Of a DNA stretch of 64,000 nt, positions 22,401 to 35,100 are shown piece by piece. Under the pieces are notes generated by a model. That model was given only the letters and a program-made list of their open reading frames with translations, had not been told where the DNA came from and did no database searches. Every line of letters starts with the position of its first letter. Position 1 is the first letter of the stretch. This DNA is from Asterias rubens (lineage: Eukaryota), in assembly GCF_902459465.1 (NCBI RefSeq), contig NC_047080.1:11470001-11534000 (forward strand), read 5' to 3'. A program made the translations under genes and the position numbers.

Positions 22401-25400
22401 CAAGATAGAAAGAAAGACACAGGGGCCCATTTCATAGAGCTGCTAACGACAAGGAAGGATGGTTAAGCGACATAATCCAGGGGTTAACACAAGTGTCCAT
22501 TTTACCTGGCAGATCTTAGCAAAGTTTTTGAAAGCAATGAATTGGGCAATGGTTAGACAGCTGTCCATGGCTCAATTTGTTATAAAGCTGTTCAGCAAAA
22601 AATTATGCTTAGCAAAATTTTAAGCAAAACTTTGTAGGGAACCAGTCACAAACAATGTACATAAGATATTTTGGCTGGTTACCTGTTTCTGCCCAACAGC
22701 ATTTTTCCTGCTTAAAAACCACATATGAAATTGGGGTTATATGGATAAAGCAACCAAGTATTGCTAAGAAGGGGAAATGCTTAGCAAACCCTAGGTACCA
22801 GTTGCTGGGAATAACAGGTAGTCTCGCACTGAAAGTAGGTAACTAGGGACCACCGTGTTTAATACAACACCACGATCCAATTTCATATAGCTGTTTGAGC
22901 AGAGAACAATAGCCCAAGAGTAGCAAAATTTCCTCTTTTCTTTCACTAGTATAACTACTTCTTTTAAGCAAGTTTTGATGATGCTAACCAGCTTTGGGAA
23001 ATTGGACCTGTATGCGGCCAGGATGATCCCAAATCAGGTCAAGTTGACTTTACTGGTTAACTGAAACGCTTTAAGCAGGAATATTTGTCTTAGCAGCTCT
23101 ATGCAATATGGCTCCAATCACAAGGCACACAGAGTGCTTACTATTCTGTCTCTGATCGTATTGGTAGTGGACGCGCCAAGACTTGGGTGTGGGGGTTTGC
23201 TAGGCTCCTGGTGGAAGAGAGAGAGCAGGGAACGAGAAAAATCAACACAGGACAGAGAGCATGCTTAGTCAATCTTTCATATAGACTTTAAAAGCGTTTT
23301 AAATGCACGTTACTTATGCAACTATGCCCCCCGCTCAGACCACTTGCCCCACTGCTCCCGCACAAACGACTAGTTTGATACATTAATTATCCCCGAATAT
23401 ATGTCTTTGCCCTTGCTTGTCCCCTCCCCTCCCCAAAAGAAAATGTCTGCATGGTTACACGACTGAAATGCATTGTATGACACAAAACTATTTCACACCT
23501 AAAACACATGCATGTAAATAATGCATCTACGGCTGTACTACTAAAATGACAATAGACCTTATGCATTGACGTCATTCAGCCGCTATCTTTGAGGTCAAAG
23601 GGTGACGAAACAATCGAAACGCACATAGATTGGCCAATGAACAACCTCCATTTGACCTCAATGCGGGGGCGCCGTACTGAAATGACGTCATGTGCATAAG
23701 GTCTATTCTACAGCTACATGACAGTACAATGACACTAGTTATTAGTTTAACCAATGAATGTTGTCCTTTCTGAGTCTTGTGAAAAACTCCACAGGCCTAT
23801 CACTCATAATACATCTGTGATTTTGTTCCACAAGACTCACAAAGTACCTGCCGTTGATTTCACAAAGAGTTAGGACTCGTCTTATCTCGAGTTTTAGGAA
23901 GAATAATTCATCCTAACTAAGGATTCATCCTAACTAAGGATTAATCCTTATGCTACAAGTCTGCATGCTACAGTGCAGGGCTGGGACTCGTCCTAAGTCC
24001 TAAGATTAATCCTAAGTTATAAAAAGAGTTTTGTGAAATCAACGGCAGGTATATAGTGCTTGACACAAGTAAAACACAAACATTACTCTTTATCCCCATG
24101 CAAATGTAATATCTATTAAAAGTATAAGTCACATCTCCTGGACCCCCTGCTAGACATGCTTACAACAGTTATCTCAACACTTCTCGCATAAATTAACAAT
24201 AGTTGAAAAACAACCAAACCCTCTAACTTCTCAAAACATTTTCATTACATGGTTTGCTCAAACATTTAACTTCAAAAATTTATCTTAATTTTTTTTTTAA
24301 AATCAGGTCTACGTCAAGAAAGGGAAAAGGGCAATGGAGGAAAAATGCCTAGGCCTAATTTTTTTTTGAAATGAACAAGACAGGTGTGAATATAAATCCT
24401 GGAATTTTACCCAAAAGGGGAAAATAATATGAAATTAATTCCTCTCTGGGTAGAAAAGTACACATCAACCCTAGGCCAGCACGTACACCAATAAACGGAC
24501 CATAAAACAACAAAAACCAAGAAAGAAAAAAAATGTGAGGAGAAAAGGTGGGTAAGTAAATACTGATTTATCTACTCCACAGACTAACAAATTTTCTGTC
24601 GGAAGAGCTCTTTGCAATAAGTGGGACATTTATTGGACATTTCCACCCCCGAAGGACGGATTGAAACAAATTAAGTCGAAGAAGAGTGGCAGTTCATATT
24701 GACTTCATAAGATGGACATAGCCCCCTCTTCCTACGTTCAAATTAAAGAGGCTGAGTCGTCTTTGATTTCAAATTGTCTAGTTTTTAAATGACAACTTTT
24801 GGATGAAAATTGGATGAAATCACGAATTTGAGCATCCGAGGCATTGAGAATCTATCTAAAGAGTTGATTTGCCAACAGAAGGTAAGGGTGATATTTTCAA
24901 AAACAAACAGACACACCGTCAAACATTTTGGGTTGTAGCTTGGTGCTTCTAATGAAGTTTTTTTCACAGAATGAGGGCAGAAATGAAGGCACAGCAAACA
25001 TTGAGCAAAGTGCTGCCCCAGATTCCATCCCTTTGTCTGCTAATTTCTTGTCCCAGATCTCGCAGGGTTGGGGTGCCTCAAGCAACAAACACAGGGAGGG
25101 AATTGATTGCGCCGTTTCTGACGGCATCTCAAAGTCTACATTGGAAGAATGAAGGCTGTGAAAAACTTCCCTGTGCATTCTGGATGGTCTTGCTCTTTCA
25201 GGACAATGGTGACCACAACTGTGGTTTTGGTAAAGATGACAATTTTCACCTAAAAATGTAACAATTTATGTCTCTCACCAACAGGCCAAATTACATCTAA
25301 ACACTGTCCTTTTGAGAGTCAAACTTTGAATGAAGATAACAAAAACCAAACTGTGTTCAAACGTTTCTTGCTTTGATGTACAGTTTGATTTTTTTATTTT

Positions 25401-28400
25401 TTTATTTGGAATGGAATCCATACCATTTAAATCATGCGGTATATGAATTCTAAAAATACAGTTTTCAAAAGATAGTGAACGAGGATTATGATTTACATGG
25501 TGATTGATCAGAAACTAAAAATACGATGGAAACGGTCAGCTTGTAGTGAGCTAAAGTGAACTATTGTAAGTTACAAACCGAATCATTTTTGAAAATAACA
25601 AGCCTCAAGCTAGAATCCTCAAGGCATTAATTATGAGCAAAAGTTTCACAGCGCTGTTTTTATTCAAAGCATGGAGCTGTCTTGCTGATGTACTTCAGGA
25701 TATGCAATGCTGAGGGCCGAGATGGTTCTTGAGATCGATTAAGCTTGATGCGCTACATATTTATAAGCACAGGCTGTATAAACTCTCACTGATGGTTTAA
25801 GATGGTTTAAGGAATGAAGTTAATGGCCCAGTGACCAGGGGTGATAATGTCGGAGCGCCATAAGCGTCACTGAGTGACAGATAAGAAGCAGCTAGAACTG
25901 TTATTATTATCATGACTGCCTTTCATACCGAAAAAACTAATTATCGATGCTTAGCAAAAATATTTTAAGCAATTCTTTTTTTGCAAAAGCAGCTCTATGA
26001 AATTGGGCTCTGCTAATAAGCATGCAAACTTTCACAAAGGGTTTATCCAACTATAAAATGGCATATGGAATATTCCCCTGCAACAAGTTCCCCACTAAAC
26101 TGTTTTCTTAATTTCTAAGCACATAAAAGTTCTTCTAATTTTCAGCTCATTTGTGTCATTCTATCCAAGTCTAAATTTGTAAGTTAAATTTAAAGGTGTA
26201 CATGTTTACTTACTGCATCAGATCTATCCATGACATTCCGCGGTGACAAAATAAAACACGCCTGAGCAACATTGATCCTGTGAAAATAAAAAATTTCCAA
26301 AAATGCATGAAAGAAAGAATAACTTAAATACTTCAAAGATAGAGCAAATACCTGTAGAAATTTGTTTTATTAGGATTGGAGCAGGCAATCAGCGGGCTGC
26401 AAACAATCTTTACTGCAACCAAACTGAAATTGTTTTGTTTTGTTGTATTTTCGTCTTTTGAAATTTGTCTTCCTTTTTCAGTATTGTTTTATATTAATAT
26501 ATTGTTTGTTGTGTTCAAGGCATTCCGTTTATAACCTTTGGCTTATTGTGTAATGCAACCACTTAGTAGTTTTCTTGTAACAATTGTTTTGTTTTAAGTA
26601 CGTTATTCATGTGGAAATTAATAATTCTGAAAAGTGAAGAAAAGAAAAGAAGAAAAAAAATGGTTCCAGAGTAAAGCACTGCCAGCTAGAAGAGTGTTGG
26701 AGCTTCCAACCTCTCTCAGAACAAATCGGCAACCGGTAAACACCCTGACAGCATAAACACAAACCACACATGAAATAGCAGCCCATCCTCTCCTGAACAG
26801 CCTTTTAGGAGAGTTCAAGATTCAAAATAAGAAACAAGATTCGGAAAGGAAGCTGTACCTGCATCTGATGAGGTCTTGATCTTTTAGGACCGATCCTTGT
26901 ATGTAGACGACTCTCTGAGCCCACAGGGGTACCTGAAGGAGGGCTCTAAGCGCATTGTCCAGCTCACATGGGGACACCAAGACGACTGAGTAACCCTGAA
27001 ACACACAAAACACATTACAAAAGTCATCATAGTGGATGAAAATAGAGGTGCTCTTGATAATCCTGCATATAGTCAACCTTGGTTTTAATAGTTCAAATTA
27101 AAAGTATTCTTTTAAATAATTTAAATTTTACCCTTTCAGTTTACCTTTAAGTTCATAATTCTCATTAGTCTTCCTGTAACAGCACTATGCATTTTTTATA
27201 TATATTTTTTATCATCTATTTTTTTTTTTTTTTTTGCGGGGTGGGGGGGGGGGTAGAGTCATTCAGATCTTCAGGTTTTAAATAAGTAACAATTCCGCCC
27301 AACCTGTGTCAATATTTTCAAGAAAAGCTGAAAACATGTTTTGAAAATCAACGAGATTTCTATGTAGGTCGCAGTAGTATAAGGCTTTTGCCACTTTCTT
27401 ATTGAAAAGCCATCAGAAATTGGTTGATAGTAGCCTTATGAAAACATTTAATTGTATTGTGTCTGACAGCACACATCCTCTAAATTTATTGGCTGTATTA
27501 TTAGTTTGCGTGGGCGAACTTGCTCCATTTTCAGTAAAAGAAATCTGTACAAATTTAATCTGTAAAAGCGTTAATTTTTTTGTGATAGATCATTTAGCTG
27601 ACACAAAAAGCCCACTTCCAATAACATGTTATTATCACAAAGAAATATAAGAACGATAACAAATAAAGGCAAATTGCAACAACGACATAAGTAATAAGTA
27701 GAAATTCAAAGGCTGCAGAAATAGTTCATTAAATAAACGAACACAAAAACCAGCCCCCTCGTAATTTGTCATCGTTTTCACAAAGGGGCAAGTATGATTT
27801 TTTAATGCCTGTCCCATTGTATAAATGTTGACGAATTTAACCGTCATAAAAGTATTCATTGCCTTTTCCAAATTATTTCGAATATTTTCTAGGAGTAGTT
27901 AAAGGCAGTGGACACTATTGGTAATTACTCAAAATAATTATTGGCATAAAACCTTTTTTGATGACGAGTAATGGGGAGAGGTTGATGGTATAAAACATTG
28001 TGAGACACGGTTCCCTCTGAAGTGCCATAGTTTTCAAGAAAGAAGTAATTTTCCACGAATTTGATTTCAAGACCTCAGATTTAGAACTTGAGGTCTCGAA
28101 ATCAACCATCTAAACGCACACAACTTTGTGTGACAAGGGTTTGTTATTTTATGCATATGTTGAGATACACCAACTGTGAAGGCTAGTCTTTGACAATTAC
28201 CAACAGTGTCCACTGCCTTTAAGGAAAAATGATTACAAATTGATTTTCTTCATATGGTTGACTTACATTCAGAAGGTTGTGTGCATAGAACTCATTGAGG
28301 AAATCTGTTATGAGATCATACTGTAGGATTGTAGCACAGACTACAACATGTTTCCCGGACTCAGCTCGATGCTGGCTGTATGTACCTCCTTGTTTCTGGC

Positions 28401-29142
28401 GCTCAACCAGTAAGAACCCAAACCTTTCCAGCTAGTCAAGAATAAATAACAAGTTTTAGAATAGGTTTGAATCATGGGTTCGAATCCCACCCGAGTAATG
28501 TGCCTGTGATTTTTTTTAATTTACAAAGCTCGAAATACAGTCCTACATCAGTGTATTTAGGTAAAACCCAAATACATATTAGTTTTAGAATGTGGCCTTC
28601 AGCTTGGGCATTTTGAGGCTATTAACATCATTGTTTTAAAAAGGTAACGGGTTAAAAGAATCTTTTAGAAGTAGAATATAATCTGGTTCCTATGAGGCAT
28701 TGCTTTGCTCTTCAGTGTATAATTTAGCCTATATTATGAAACCATTCAAAATTAAAAAACTTAAATTTAAGGTGGGCAGGTGGGTATGCCAACATTGACT
28801 TTTCTTAATGGCCCTTGTGACGTCTTCCAGAGGGGCATCTAGGGTTTCAACGGGTAGACACACTCAGACACAAACTTCACTTAGATCTCCTGATGATGAC
28901 TAGAGCAAGCTAGTCAAAACGTTGAGACCAATTCAGAACTGACTCCGCGGCAGTAGTCTATTTTCTATACCATCCACCCTGGTAATAGTTAAAAAGCAGG
29001 ACAGTTCTTTTCAGAACTGAGGAGTCTCCCGCACCTCCGATTATCTACTCCGCGGCAGTAGAATATAGCAAGTTCTCTAAGAACAAACTCTACCTGGCAA
29101 GTAGATACACACATGGTGTTACCGCAAACCAAATATACATCA

Positions 29143-29175
<33 letters not shown>

Positions 29176-32100
29176 TGATCAATCATTCTCACCACCTGCA
29201 TATAGAATCCTTGTATAACATTGCTGGAACTGTTTACTTAATAAGTGTTCAGTCATTCTGTTTTTAGTGTATATCACTTTTTCTAACTCGCCCCTGTGCT
29301 GTCTTAGAGGGGTATACAGCCTACACTCACGGGAACAAGGTTGGGTTGTACTTACTTGAACTGGCAAGACAACCAGAGCAGCGGAGATCATGATCATAAT
29401 ATAAAGCTGTGACGGCCAAATATCAACTTGAATATCACCATAGCCCACCGTAGAGAATGTAACAAAAGTAAAGTACAATGCATGGAATACTGACATTCCC
29501 TTTTCCGCCGCTCTCTCCAAATGTTGGATTCCCATCCAGCTGTGGGATTGTGATTGGAAGACAATTAACAATCAACTACAAGTCAGTTTAAGAGATTAGT
29601 AAATAAAATAAAAAAATGTTGGTTGGCAGCAAGTCAGAATCTAAGTTTCCATATGCACTTTCCTGAAGCAAATGCCAATTGTTACTATTGGATGTAGAGT
29701 CGTTTTGTAAAACACTTTTTATTTCCAAAAAAACCCAACTGCAAAACGCTCTTTCTTGATCTCTAAAACACTATATATTATATAGATGAGTTTGCATAAT
29801 GTCAGATAACAACAAAATCTAATCAAATCAAATTCCTGTGCAAAACTTGCAAAGACAAAACAACTTTCACAAGCTGCCAGAGAAAGCGCCTACACCTTGC
29901 CACTTTATAATATCAATTTTTCTAAAGAAACTTTCTAGAGCACACATAAAAATAATAAAATAGATGCAGCATCAATGGAGATAATATAAGTGACAAGAAA
30001 GATGCTGTCACATGAGGTGCTTTAAAGAAAATAACTAAGTGTCTAATATTAACAGAATCTTTTGACTGATGAGGATGTAAGATTGTTTGTACAGGTGGAC
30101 AGACAGTTTGAAGTTTCTTGATATTGTTATTTGAGATGGATTGGTTTAGGATGGAGATGAAATATGAGAGGAGAACGTGTTGGCAAGCGGGATGGGTAGA
30201 TTGGAAAGAAAAGGAAAGTGTCTGCGCAACTTCAAGACATAAATGCCGATAGGCTGATTGGTATGCATGGTGCTTATTTTCATTCCACACATATTTAGAG
30301 GTGAGGACATACTTTGGTAATGACTCCGAAAATAAAAGGTGCAATTTCTGAAACCATTCCAACTCCTTAAGAGTATGCAGCAACGGCAACCAAATTGGCG
30401 ACAGGTTGCTAACCATTGAAATCAACAATCTCTATCCCAACAGGTACCTGATACATTATACTCTTGGGTGATGCGAGGCAATTAAAGTTATGTGTCTTGC
30501 CCAAGAACACAAGTGTCACGGGCAGGGTTCGAACCCACATTCCGCTGACTCAGCCATCAGAACATGAATTCAATGCTCTAGACTGCTTGGCCAACAAAAC
30601 TCATTTAATTTATAATTTCAAAACCTGCCCACAAACTGTGCCCCAGGTGGAATACGTGCTCCATGTGTTATTGGCAACATCAATGAACAATTTCAAACGA
30701 TGGAAAAAAGATGGGGAGATTTATCGAGCGTAATTAAAAAGCTGCAATCAAGCACAATCAAATGCCAGTTTGTGTGGACCACTGCTTCAGGAAATTAATG
30801 ATTTATTGGTTACAAAAATTAAGTTCGATGCTTTTTCAGATTTTATGCATGTCTGACTTCTAAATGAAAATAGTTTCAGAAGTTGGGGTGCATGTTCACA
30901 GAGACTGAATAATTCAATAGGAGTTACATGTCGATATCTCTGCTGTAAAATTCAACAGAAATGATTGGGAAAAAAAGCTCAACATTATGTTTTTTAAAAA
31001 CTAATTTCTGAAAAACTACAGCATTTCAAGCAAAAATATCTCAACAAGATCATCAACATAGATCTGACCATCTTTACCGTGTAGGTTATGTACAAATCTA
31101 TAACATAACACTTAAAATTGATGCATGTTTACATATGTTTGTTTCAATCTTCAAATGTTGGGGGGGGGGGGTCGGAATAAGGGAGAAGTGTGACAGACTC
31201 TTAGGAGATGAAATGAAGCTCTGCAAAAACAGTGCACGCATGCTAGTGAATATACACCACGATACACCACAATCATTTGATAACCAGTGATTTGATACAG
31301 AACATAAAATGCATACAAACACAATACATCCACCACCAGTAGCAAACACTGAGCACCACCTATACAGTACTATGTACATGCTCTCTAGCTATATAGTGTG
31401 CAGTAACATTGACTTCATGCTCATGAGAAACGTCTGCTGGAAAAAAGGAGAAAAATATACAAATCACAAGACTGGAAAAGCAATTCAAGACAGCAGCAAC
31501 ATAATTAAGTATTTTAGGGTTGTCATTGCTCTTCACTATAAAGATTTTGGGGACTTTGAAAGATCAAATGAACCCGACTGATTATTTTGTTCTTTGGATT
31601 TAGATTGTCTGGTGGCTTACACCTCAAGAGTTGTAACGACCAGGGATGTGAAGGTGTGGTTTCCATTTGTAGAATAAACAAAACCTCTTTTAGCTCTCTT
31701 ACTATACCATTTACTTTTTGTTTAAAATTAAAACTCATAGAATGTCAAATAAATCCATTGTCTGCCTTTGTCACAATTTTATTCTAAAAATTATTTGTAC
31801 TAATTGGTGAAGAGGCTTTCCTCCTGCAGTAGAGTGAAAGAGGCTAGACATCATGACATGATAATCTCAAAGGGCAAGATTTCAAAAGGGGGCATTGACA
31901 TCAAATGGGGCGCACATCCCCCCACCCCCAACCCTGTCCCCTTAATTATGCCATGTTCTAATTACTATGTGATGTGATTAGCCATGGGTAAACTCATTCC
32001 ATGAAACACTTTTCATTTATTAAAAAACCCACCATTAACTAACCTCCTTTTTGGGATGGTTTTTCAGGATGTAACTTACAATCAAATCTAACAATTGAAC

Positions 32101-35100
32101 TATATGCTTAACTAACTCTATTATATTGGCTCGCCGAGTTCAATTAAATTGGTCCCGTTTCAGAATCTAGAATATTGTCCGAGCTCGTTATTGGGTTTAA
32201 TTAAACGTACCTGACACAATGTACAATGAGACAATATGCTTTTGTTAGAGGCAGGACTTAGTGATTGGATACATAATGACACCTTTGTAAAAACAGCAAC
32301 TGTATAGTGACAGGTGGTTGGCCTGCATTTCATTACGGGACAATGGGTTGGTTGAGTTGTATCTGTCTTCGCTGAGCACCTCTAGGACCCCAGTTTTAAA
32401 CACGCCATGGATTGGGTTGTCAAACCATACCTGATTGCATGGGTTTTCCTTGGAATAATCTGGGTCCCTAGGCATCCAGTCACACTGGGCGATAATGACT
32501 CTGGAGCACAGCCAGAGTTCAAAAGTGTTATTTTTGGGGGGGGAGAGGGGAAAACTGATAGGCCCAGAGAGAAATTAGTTTTCTGGCAAAGGAGGCACAA
32601 CTCTGTTCACATATTATGGCCTCTAGGCAGGAATCAAACCAGGGTAACATTGGTGAGCACATCACTCACTAGCCACCTATGCCGCCCTTCGCAACTGAAG
32701 AGAAACTTGTCACCAAAAGGAGAATTTAAGTTCTTGAAGGAGGGATATTAGCGCAAACCTCCCATTTTGGTAGCGTCTCATTTTGCGCTCAACTTGCTTG
32801 AGCACCTCTCTGTATAAAAAATATAACAAACAATTTTGCAAAGACGCTTTGTGATCGTTTTAAACTTGCGGATTGGAATGAGCGCAAATGCAAGTGGTAG
32901 CGAATCTTCCCTTCTTCAACCTCGGTGCCTGACTAACACAACCTCAGGGAAGATGTGTGATCGTCACGAACAGAGACACAGGGCAGATATATTGATTAGA
33001 AGGATGAATCAGTATGCAGTACCAACCTCTGCACTTACAGCCAAACCACCATCAAAACAAAGCTTGCACATCTACTAATAGAGGCATCCTGTGTGTTTGC
33101 CTGCAGACCATGGATAGGGTCTTGCAGTTGGGCTATCTGGAACAGTGACCCACTTAAGTCACTGATAGTTATATCACTACAACTCATCTGTCTTCTGGTC
33201 TTGTTTGAATAAAGGCAAGGAAGACATGGCTATTACACTTATACACAATTCTGAATGAATGTGTACGACAAAATGCCACCAGGGTTTTGCCCATTTGTTG
33301 GTAAACACCCATACACAATTCTGAATGAATGTGTATGGCAAAAATGGTACCAGACTTTACCCATCTGGAGGTTGCTATGATTTATTTACATTTGGCCATT
33401 CCATAAACATTCGGCCATTCCATAAAATGTACACGAGTCCAAAACAATCAAATAATATGACATAGAAAACATAGTAAAGTAACTTAGTCACAAATAACAA
33501 CTCAAAAGGATAAAAGAAGTTGCTAACACATAAAAATGTAACCGAAAATAACATAACTCATGCCTAAGCAGACAAATACTAAACAAGAACACAACAAAGA
33601 AGTTTCTTTCATAAGTTTCTCAAGTCTTTAACATAGAACCCCAGGCTTTGATTTATGTATAAGATTTGAGGAACAAACAGTTCCATGTCTTGCTTGAGTT
33701 CTTGTGTTCAACACCGACACAAATAGACCAAAGAGCAGGATTGGGGACAAAAATCGTGGGAAAAATTAAGGCAAATTTTCTTCATACGGCTGACTTAAAA
33801 AGTCTGAATTCAGATACAAGTCGGAAAACTCTCATCCCTGCTGGGGCAGGGGAGAGAATATTTATTGTCAGGGGGAAGTGGACAGGGAATCTTTTATGTT
33901 ACGTTGGGAATGGGTGGCCCAAGCATTTTGGCCGGGATTGTAGATGTAAAAAAGCTTACCTTGTGAATATGAGGCACAGGAGAGTACAGAGTAAGATCAT
34001 TAACTGCTGTGATAAGGCTGAATGAGGCTTTTGCATCACGCGGTGAAGGTCATTCTGGAAATAAAAAAACAATCACAGTTTGCCATGAAAGGCACTGGGC
34101 ACCTTTGGTAATTGTCAAAGAGCAGTCTTCTCACTTGGTGTTAAAGACACTGGACACTATTAGTAATTGTCAAAGACCAGTCTTCTCACTTGGTGTTAAA
34201 GACACTGGACACTATAAGTAATTGTCAAAGACCAGTATTCTCACTTGGTGTATCCCAACATACGCATAAAATAACAAACATGCAAAGATTTGGACTCAAT
34301 TGGTCATCGAAGTTGCAAGAGAATAATGAAAGAAAAAACACCCTTGTGGTTGACTTTGCATAATAAAAAGGCTTCAGCTGAAGCCTTTTTTTTAATTGAG
34401 TGAGAAATTACCTCTTTCTCAAAAACTACAGTTTCGAAAAGATTGGAGATAACAAAATACAGAAAGTAGAATCACAGAAAAAAAATTAAAATTATGTTCA
34501 AATAAATATTTTTTTTTTTAATATTTTTTTTTAAGAGTACTTACAAACAAATTTTCCAGGAGCATTTTGGCAAGCCAGCAGTTGAAAAAGACAGGGATGA
34601 AGAGGCGCCGTAAATCCTCTGAAAATATCTGCGGAAAAAATGATTGAAAGGGTCATTTGTGGATTCCTAAAGTTTGTGCAGATTGCTTCCCTATGTGACT
34701 GGATAAACAAACTTTCAAGCTACAGTGTTTAATTATACTTTTGTTGATCCTGGCCATCACATTTGGGTTGTTTTATAATTTCCTGTGCCCTTATTGTTTT
34801 TCTTGCTTTGTATTTACTTTTGTACATGTACTTATATTATCTATTTGACATACTGTCTGCTTGTATTTGTAATTGTTTATTGGCCAAATAAAGAATAAGA
34901 ATAAGAATCCCCGTCCCCGCCCACACCCTTCCCGGAGAAGGTCAATCTTCCTCTGCCATCCTGCAGCATAGAAACACAGCAACAACATTTATCTCCAAAA
35001 GACGATCAGAGCATACTGATCGAAACATCAAGTTGAAATCATTGGTTCTTTTCAGAACTACCCCCAACTCATTTAGCGATAGTCACTACATGGTGTTACC

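Noticed and set aside
27915-28109. Recurrent ORFs [10 protein letters not shown]... (also 38222, 61554, 50629, 2244)
   Set aside because: All fall inside copies of non-coding MITE family A; no transposase motifs.
31098-31379. ORF containing CIFTSM resembling the end of the S5 exon (possible mutually exclusive exon)
   Set aside because: No GT donor at the equivalent position and no similarity beyond four residues.
32431-33100. Possible poison exons (about 70 nt near 32431-32500; about 62 nt near 33039-33100)
   Set aside because: Frame-shifting or stop-containing with only moderate acceptors; such GT/AG pairs are expected by chance in long introns.
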